Assembly (NCBI GenBank): GCA_017428485.1
Contig: JAFRQT010000026.1
Location: 8,699-72,698, forward strand
Length of the DNA: 64,000 nucleotides
Direction of reading: 5' to 3'
Origin: Bacilli bacterium
GTDB lineage: Bacteria > Bacillota_I > Bacilli_A > RF39 > UBA660
Below the pieces are notes generated by a model. The model ran no database searches, had not been told where the DNA came from, and saw nothing but the letters and a program-made list of their open reading frames with translations. Positions 58,038 through 64,000 of the stretch are shown here, one piece after another. Position numbers and translations under genes: made by a program. Position 1 is the first letter of the stretch, and every line of letters begins with the position of its first letter.

Positions 58038-59714
58038 GTGAAACAACATATCATTAGAATATTAAAGGGTACAAAAAAAGAAATAGCTTTAGAATTTTTT
58101 GTTTGTTTGGTATTAAGAGCAATTTTATTAATTGTTCCTATTTTGTATAGTGATATGATTAATTATGTTTCTACTTCATATTTTAACAAAGCAATTAAGG
58201 TTTTAATAATATATGTAATATTAATTAGTATATATAAGTTATTTGAATATTTTAGACAATATACATATTATTTTGTTTATAATAAGCTTTATAAAGAGTA
58301 CACTTCTTTAGGAATGGATTATACATATAAAAATTCAATATTCAGTTTATCTAGATTCACTTCTGGTGGGTACTTAAATATTATGAATAGCGATATTGAT
58401 ATAATATGTAGCTTTTTTTCAAATGCTATATATAGAATTGCTCAAATGGGTGAGTTTATATTTATTTTCTATTACTTTCTTAAAATTAATACTGCATTAT
58501 TTATAGTTACATTATCTTCTTCAGTAATTGTACTAATGTTTATTATTTTATTTAGCGATAAGGTCCAAAAATATAACAAGAATAGAAAAGAATCATATGA
58601 TAAGAAAACAAGTACTATAAGCGATATATTTAGTGGTATAAAAGAAATTAAAGGTTTTAATATAGGAAGACATATTAATGCTAGGGCTATTACAGATACA
58701 AATAAATATGCTTCAGATAATGCAAAATATTCAACTATGTATAATATAGTTAATATTATTTCTGTATATGTATTTGAATTATTAAGATTAATATTACTTA
58801 TATATGGAGTATTTCAAATATCAAATGGTAATTTAGAAATAGGCATTTTAGTAATTATATATAGTTATTATCAAAAAATAATTGACAATTCATCTTTAGT
58901 GACAACTTTAAATTTAGAATATAAAAATTTAAAAATCTCCTTAGCAAGATTTAATAAATTATTCGAATATGCATCAGATAATAAAGATGATAAAATACAA
59001 GTTGAAAATATTAAAGGACAAATTGAGTTTAATCATGTTTTATATGGATATAGGCATGACCCTGTACTAAATGATTTTTCACTAGTGATTAGCCCCAATA
59101 GTATTTCAGCCATTACGGGTAAAACTGGAAGTGGTAAAACCGGTGTTGTTGATTTACTTATGAAAATGAATAGGCAAATACAGGGTGGTATAATGATTGA
59201 TAATATTGATATATCAACTATTGACGATGAATCATATTATAATTTAATATCGGTAGCCAGAAAAAATCCTTTCTTCTTTAATTGTAGTATTAAAGATAAC
59301 TTAATGATTATAGGAAAAAGTATTGATGAAATAGAAGAAGTTTGTAAAAAACTAGGAATACACGAAAGAATAAAATCATTAGAAAAAGGATATGATACAA
59401 TAATATCAAATGATGGTAGTTTGTTATCATCATCTGACAAAAGATTATTAGCAATAGCTAGAGTTCTTCTTAAAGATACGAGAATATATTTATTCGATGA
59501 AATAATTGAGACTTTAGACAAAGCAAATAGGGAAATTGTTATGAAAATATTAAATGAGAAAAAGAAAAATCATACTATACTTATAATATCTAGAGACTCT
59601 AAAATACTAAAATTAATGGATAATGTAATCCTTATGGATAGTGGTGAATTAATAGAGACTGGTACTCATGATGAATTACTTAAGAGAAATGAGTTGTATA
59701 AAGAAATAAGTTAA
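58038..59714 (+). CDS. ABC exporter half-transporter (TMD-NBD) with degenerate NBD motifs
   Basis: Six-TM N-domain. Walker A GKTGSGKTG and Walker B IYLFDE. Signature is LSSSD rather than LSGGQ, and R sits at the H-loop position. GTG start behind GGGGTGA. Confidence 0.85.
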   Translation: MKQHIIRILKGTKKEIALEFFVCLVLRAILLIVPILYSDMINYVSTSYFNKAIKVLIIYVILISIYKLFEYFRQYTYYFVYNKLYKEYTSLGMDYTYKNSIFSLSRFTSGGYLNIMNSDIDIICSFFSNAIYRIAQMGEFIFIFYYFLKINTALFIVTLSSSVIVLMFIILFSDKVQKYNKNRKESYDKKTSTISDIFSGIKEIKGFNIGRHINARAITDTNKYASDNAKYSTMYNIVNIISVYVFELLRLILLIYGVFQISNGNLEIGILVIIYSYYQKIIDNSSLVTTLNLEYKNLKISLARFNKLFEYASDNKDDKIQVENIKGQIEFNHVLYGYRHDPVLNDFSLVISPNSISAITGKTGSGKTGVVDLLMKMNRQIQGGIMIDNIDISTIDDESYYNLISVARKNPFFFNCSIKDNLMIIGKSIDEIEEVCKKLGIHERIKSLEKGYDTIISNDGSLLSSSDKRLLAIARVLLKDTRIYLFDEIIETLDKANREIVMKILNEKKKNHTILIISRDSKILKLMDNVILMDSGELIETGTHDELLKRNELYKEIS

Positions 59715-59740
59715 AAAGACTATTTTAGTCTTTTTTTTAT
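59713..59740 (+). terminator. rho-independent terminator after the ABC gene
   Basis: AAGACT-ATTTT-AGTCTT followed by T8. Confidence 0.55.
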
Positions 59741-59761
59741 TTACTTGAATATAATTTATTA

Positions 59762-62335
59762 ATGAAGACTAATATTAAAACAGGTTTAAATAGTGAAGAA
59801 ATAAAGTCATCTTTAAAAAAATATGGATATAATATAATTAATATTAAGAAAAAGAATAGTTTTTTAAAGTTAGTGTTAGAGTCTCTTGGAGATCCAATTA
59901 TTAAAATACTTATAATAGCATTAGCTATTAAAATAATATTTTTATTTAAAGATTCAAATATATATGAAACATTAGGTATATTTATAGCTATTTTTTTGGC
60001 ATCATTTATTTCTGCTATATCAGAATATGGTAGTGAAAAAGCATTCGAAAAACTAAATGAAGAAAATTCCATTATCAAAGTAAAGGTAATAAGAAATTCA
60101 AAAAAAGTAATTATTAATATGGATGAAATAGTTGTTGGCGATATAGTAATTTTAGAAAGTGGAGATAAAGTTCCAGCAGATGGAATAATATTAAGCGGTG
60201 AAATAACAATAGATGAGAGTATGCTAACTGGAGAAACCAAAGAAAAATATAAAGATATATATAACTCCAATTTAATGATGGGTTCAATAGTAACTGAAAA
60301 AAACGCTATTATGCAAGTTACTAGAGTAGGAGAAAAAACTGTTTATGGAAGCATTGCTAAGGGAATACAAGAAAACACTTTAGAAAGTCCATTACGATCA
60401 AGGCTTAGAGTCTTGGCTAATCAAATAAGTAAATTTGGTTATATTGGCGCCTTTTTAATATTAATTTCATATATGTTTAATGCTATAGTAATAAAGAATA
60501 ATTTTGATATTAATAAAATATTAGAGTTTAAAGATTTTATACCTCATTTAATTTATGCATTAACACTAAGTGTTGCGGTAGTTGTAATGGCAGTACCAGA
60601 AGGTCTTCCAATGATGATTACTCTTGTATTATCTTCTAATATGAAAAGATTATTAAAAAAGAATGTGCTTGTTAAAAAATTAGTTGGTATTGAAACGGCA
60701 GGGTCTTTAAATATATTATTTACGGATAAAACTGGTACATTAACTGAAGGCAAATTAAGAGTCATTTCATTTTGCGATTCTGAATTTAATGAATATAATA
60801 GCATTAATAAAATAAATAGTAATTTATACGATTTAGTATATCAATCTTTAGTATATAATAATGATTCCTTTTTTTATGATAATAGAATTGAAGGTGGAAA
60901 TACTACCGATAAAGCAATATTGTTATTTTGTAAAACAGATAATAAAAGTAAATATAATATCATTGAAAAAATACCATTCAATAGCCAAAATAAGTATTCA
61001 AGTATAACTACAAATTATAATGGTAAAACTACATTTATAAAGGGCGCATATGAAAAAATAATTTCGATGTGCAATAAATATATTAAAAGTAGTGGTGAAG
61101 TAAGAGCTTTTATTAACAAAGAAAAGGCAATTAATTTTATTGAGAATAAAGCATCTAGTGGCCAAAGAGTATTAGCATTGTGTTATAGAAATGAAATTAC
61201 TAAAGATAATATACTAATCGGATTTGTTTTTTTGAAGGATAACATAAGAGATAAATCATATGAAGGAATTAATTTAATAAAAAAAGCAGGAATACATGTT
61301 GTGATGGTTACTGGAGATTCCAAAGAGACTGCCCTTTCCATAGCAAGAGAGTTAAAAATATTAGATGGTGAAAATGATTTAGTGTTAACAAGTGAAGAAT
61401 TCAATAGAATAAAAGATGAAGATGCAATAAAAATACTACCTAAATTAAAAATATTAAGTAGAAGTCTTCCGGCTGACAAAAATAGACTTGTTAAATTAGC
61501 ACAGGCATCCGGATTGATAGTGGGTATGACAGGGGATGGTGTTAATGATGCACCTGCACTCAAAAAAAGTGATGTTGGTTTTTGTATGGGTAGTGGAACT
61601 GAAGTTGCTAAAGAATCAAGTGATATAGTAATTCTTGATAACAATATAATGTCAATAACAAGTGCAATACTATATGGAAGAACAATATTTAAAAGTATTA
61701 GAAAGTTTGTAATATTTCAATTAAGTGTGAATGTATGTGCAGTTCTACTTAGCATAATTGGACCTTTTATTGGAATACTATCTCCAATAACAATTATACA
61801 AATGCTGTGGATAAATATGGTTATGGATACATTTGCTGGACTTGCTTTTTCTTTTGAACCAGCTTTATATGAATATATGGAAGAGATGCCTAAAAAAAGA
61901 AATGAAAAAATTATAAATAAATATATGATTAATCAAATTATATGTAATGGTCTTTATTCTACAGCTATATGTATATTATTCTTAAAATCTAATTTTATTA
62001 AAGCAATATATAATTATGATATATCCGATGCCTATTTAATGACAGCTTTCTTTGGATTATTTATATTTTTAGCTATATTTAATGCATTTAATGCCAGAAC
62101 TCATAGAATAAATATATTCTCCAACATTTTAAAAAATAAAGTATTTATATTTATCATTTTATTTATAACCATTGTTCAAATAGTACTCATATATTTTGGA
62201 GGAGAAATATTTAGAACAACTGGTTTAACTCTTTATCAATTTGAATTTATGTTATTGATAGCATTTTCAATAATACCATTTGATTTTATGAGAAAAATTA
62301 TATTAAAGAAAAATAAAATAGTTAGAGGTGTCTAA
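59762..62335 (+). CDS. P-type ATPase, calcium-transporting (P2A/P2B-like)
   Basis: TGES region (MLTGETK), DKTGTLT phosphorylation site, MVTGDS, GDGVNDAPALKK, and 10-TM topology. Confidence 0.93.
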   Translation: MKTNIKTGLNSEEIKSSLKKYGYNIINIKKKNSFLKLVLESLGDPIIKILIIALAIKIIFLFKDSNIYETLGIFIAIFLASFISAISEYGSEKAFEKLNEENSIIKVKVIRNSKKVIINMDEIVVGDIVILESGDKVPADGIILSGEITIDESMLTGETKEKYKDIYNSNLMMGSIVTEKNAIMQVTRVGEKTVYGSIAKGIQENTLESPLRSRLRVLANQISKFGYIGAFLILISYMFNAIVIKNNFDINKILEFKDFIPHLIYALTLSVAVVVMAVPEGLPMMITLVLSSNMKRLLKKNVLVKKLVGIETAGSLNILFTDKTGTLTEGKLRVISFCDSEFNEYNSINKINSNLYDLVYQSLVYNNDSFFYDNRIEGGNTTDKAILLFCKTDNKSKYNIIEKIPFNSQNKYSSITTNYNGKTTFIKGAYEKIISMCNKYIKSSGEVRAFINKEKAINFIENKASSGQRVLALCYRNEITKDNILIGFVFLKDNIRDKSYEGINLIKKAGIHVVMVTGDSKETALSIARELKILDGENDLVLTSEEFNRIKDEDAIKILPKLKILSRSLPADKNRLVKLAQASGLIVGMTGDGVNDAPALKKSDVGFCMGSGTEVAKESSDIVILDNNIMSITSAILYGRTIFKSIRKFVIFQLSVNVCAVLLSIIGPFIGILSPITIIQMLWINMVMDTFAGLAFSFEPALYEYMEEMPKKRNEKIINKYMINQIICNGLYSTAICILFLKSNFIKAIYNYDISDAYLMTAFFGLFIFLAIFNAFNARTHRINIFSNILKNKVFIFIILFITIVQIVLIYFGGEIFRTTGLTLYQFEFMLLIAFSIIPFDFMRKIILKKNKIVRGV

Positions 62336-64000
62336 CTATTTTTTTAAATGTAATGCTCTAATATATTCTGAGCTTAGTAGAGAAAGTTCTCTTTCTCTTT
62401 GATTAAAATATTCCACTAATTCTTCAAGGTCGTCTAGATTGATATCATCCCTTTTTAAAAAATGAAATTTTGTAAATAAGTATTGATTATACATGGAAAC
62501 ATATTTGCGGCCAACGCCAGAGGAGTGGGAATAACAATCGAAACCTAGACCAGCATGCTGAATTGGTTTTGTAGAATACCTACTATCTAAATATATAAAT
62601 GAAACTATTCTCTTAGTTTTACTATTTAGCTGAATGCCCATATCTTCCATCATTTCAGATATATATTCTTTATCCTTTCCTCTATAAATATATGCGTAAC
62701 CATGATCTCTTGCATATTCAGGGAAAGTTTTATTATATAGAATCATAAATTCACTTATTATTCTTTCACTATGATATGTTGTTCTTATATTATCTGTATC
62801 AGAATTATCTTTTAATTTCCAATAATTATTCTTTTTCTTATTCTTATTACGAAGTGCTTTGGAAAGTGAATCTAACGTGTGTAAAAAATAATATGGACTA
62901 TCTTTCTTAGCAACTTTTAATAGTTTATCAGCATACCCATATGATAAGTTATCTTTAACAGCAATAGTGTCTCTTCTTATTTTTGAGTCTATTATTTCTC
63001 CATTACTATTCATATAAACATCTAAAACATATACTTTTCTAACTCTGTTTTTGTTTAATGAAATATTATTTTCAATACTTCTGTCTAGCATTGAAATCTT
63101 TCTTTGTGGAAGATATAGACTTTTAAAATTTTTAAGAGCATTTAAGTCAACAGGACTACCTCTTCGTATTATTGTACTTAAATCAGTCATATAAATACTT
63201 ACTATATATATATTTCCATCTCTTCTTAAACTAATTGCATCATCTCTTAAAGATGTATTATCGCCATCTATTGTAATAATATTACCTTTAGGACTACTGT
63301 TAAATGAAGATTTAATTATAATTGTAGGATGGCTTTCAGATATTCCATATTTATCTAATACTGTATCTTCATCATATGGCCTTCTATTCCCAGATAAAAT
63401 ACATTTAATTTCATCAACAAAGATGTTGCTTTTAAAGTTATATATCTTATTTATGTAATTATTTCTATTAACTTTTGAATTATAAAATATTTTTAAAAGT
63501 GTAATGTAATAATAAATATCTCTACTACTTTCTTCTAATGCCACAATAGCTTTATCAAATGTATAATCAAATAAGACAGTATTGTTAGTTTTTACTACTT
63601 TATTTAAGTTTACTACTTTTTTAATAATATTGACATCTTCTTGCTTATCTATCAATTTAATTATTAATTTCTGTAATAAGCTAGGATCAATATCCTTTTC
63701 TAATACTATTTCGTCTAATAAGTTAATTGATTTTAATATTAAATTGTTTTCTGCTGAATATGGATATAATAAGTCTCTTGCTTTTTTGATACTTAATTTA
63801 TTTGACTCTATTTCTTCATTATCAAAGCTTTCCATTGAACAAAGAATTAAGATTAATCTTATTATACCATATATTATTTCATTATTGGAATCTGATCCAT
63901 CATATTTTTTAATACAATAATTTAATAAATCAAAATAATCACGTATCAGACCTTTATACGTGGAATTTGTATCACTTACTAAATAATCTATATCATGAAT
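62336..64000 (-). CDS. divergent RNB-domain (RNase II/R-like) protein, 5' end beyond the window
   Basis: ITIDGDNTSLRDDAISL resembles RNB motif I. HAGLGFDCYSHSSGVGRKY sits where HxGL..Y.HFTSPIRRY is expected. The frame stays open from 63835 to 64000, so the track start (M at 63835) is probably internal. Confidence 0.6.
   Translation of the reverse strand: MHDIDYLVSDTNSTYKGLIRDYFDLLNYCIKKYDGSDSNNEIIYGIIRLILILCSMESFDNEEIESNKLSIKKARDLLYPYSAENNLILKSINLLDEIVLEKDIDPSLLQKLIIKLIDKQEDVNIIKKVVNLNKVVKTNNTVLFDYTFDKAIVALEESSRDIYYYITLLKIFYNSKVNRNNYINKIYNFKSNIFVDEIKCILSGNRRPYDEDTVLDKYGISESHPTIIIKSSFNSSPKGNIITIDGDNTSLRDDAISLRRDGNIYIVSIYMTDLSTIIRRGSPVDLNALKNFKSLYLPQRKISMLDRSIENNISLNKNRVRKVYVLDVYMNSNGEIIDSKIRRDTIAVKDNLSYGYADKLLKVAKKDSPYYFLHTLDSLSKALRNKNKKKNNYWKLKDNSDTDNIRTTYHSERIISEFMILYNKTFPEYARDHGYAYIYRGKDKEYISEMMEDMGIQLNSKTKRIVSFIYLDSRYSTKPIQHAGLGFDCYSHSSGVGRKYVSMYNQYLFTKFHFLKRDDINLDDLEELVEYFNQRERELSLLSSEYIRALHLKK

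Noticed and set aside
63582-63920. A 112-aa plus-strand ORF at the window end.
   Set aside because: It is antisense to the RNB-like gene, whose frame I verified to stay open up to position 64000.

Overview
This window is the replication-origin region of a very AT-rich, endospore-forming Bacillota (Firmicutes) chromosome. It uses the standard genetic code, with TGA as a stop.

Layout:
- Left arm (3.6-24.0 kb), almost all minus strand: [FeFe]-hydrogenase, HK/OmpR two-component pair, rpmE, murA, spoIIR, prmC-prfA, rpoE, one head-on class A PBP, an SPFH/Zn-ribbon protein, a Noc-like ParB-family protein, rsmG, mnmG, mnmE, jag, yidC, rnpA, rpmH.
- oriC: a DnaA-box cluster at about 24.05-24.40 kb.
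- Right arm, plus strand: dnaA, dnaN, a ComK-family gene, recF, gyrB, gyrA, a ~685-bp non-coding tract, a short SRP RNA, tadA, dnaX, ybaB/ebfC, recR, holB, yaaT, yabB-like methyltransferase, rsmI, pth, mfd, spoVT, tatD, 3D-domain protein, rsmA, yabG, veg, spoVG, an orphan 296-aa gene, yabP, yabQ, divIC, tilS, ftsH, a nucleotidyltransferase, tsaB-rimI-tsaD.
- 3' end, more accessory: membrane protein, GT2, an ABC exporter with degenerate ATPase motifs, a Ca-type P-type ATPase, and a divergent RNB-like gene that runs off the window.
- First 3 kb, accessory: three paralogous XRE regulators, a 180-aa unknown and a Fic protein with a degenerate motif.

Most notable observation: the non-coding tract after gyrA carries four symmetric parS sites plus two perfect Noc-binding-site (NBS) palindromes. 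The only ParB-family gene in the window is an orphan Noc-like protein. It has no soj/spo0J neighbours, no N-terminal membrane helix, and a long acidic insertion.

No rRNA, tRNA, CRISPR, transposase or integrase was seen. All calls come from reading the sequence and ORF translations; no database search was possible.
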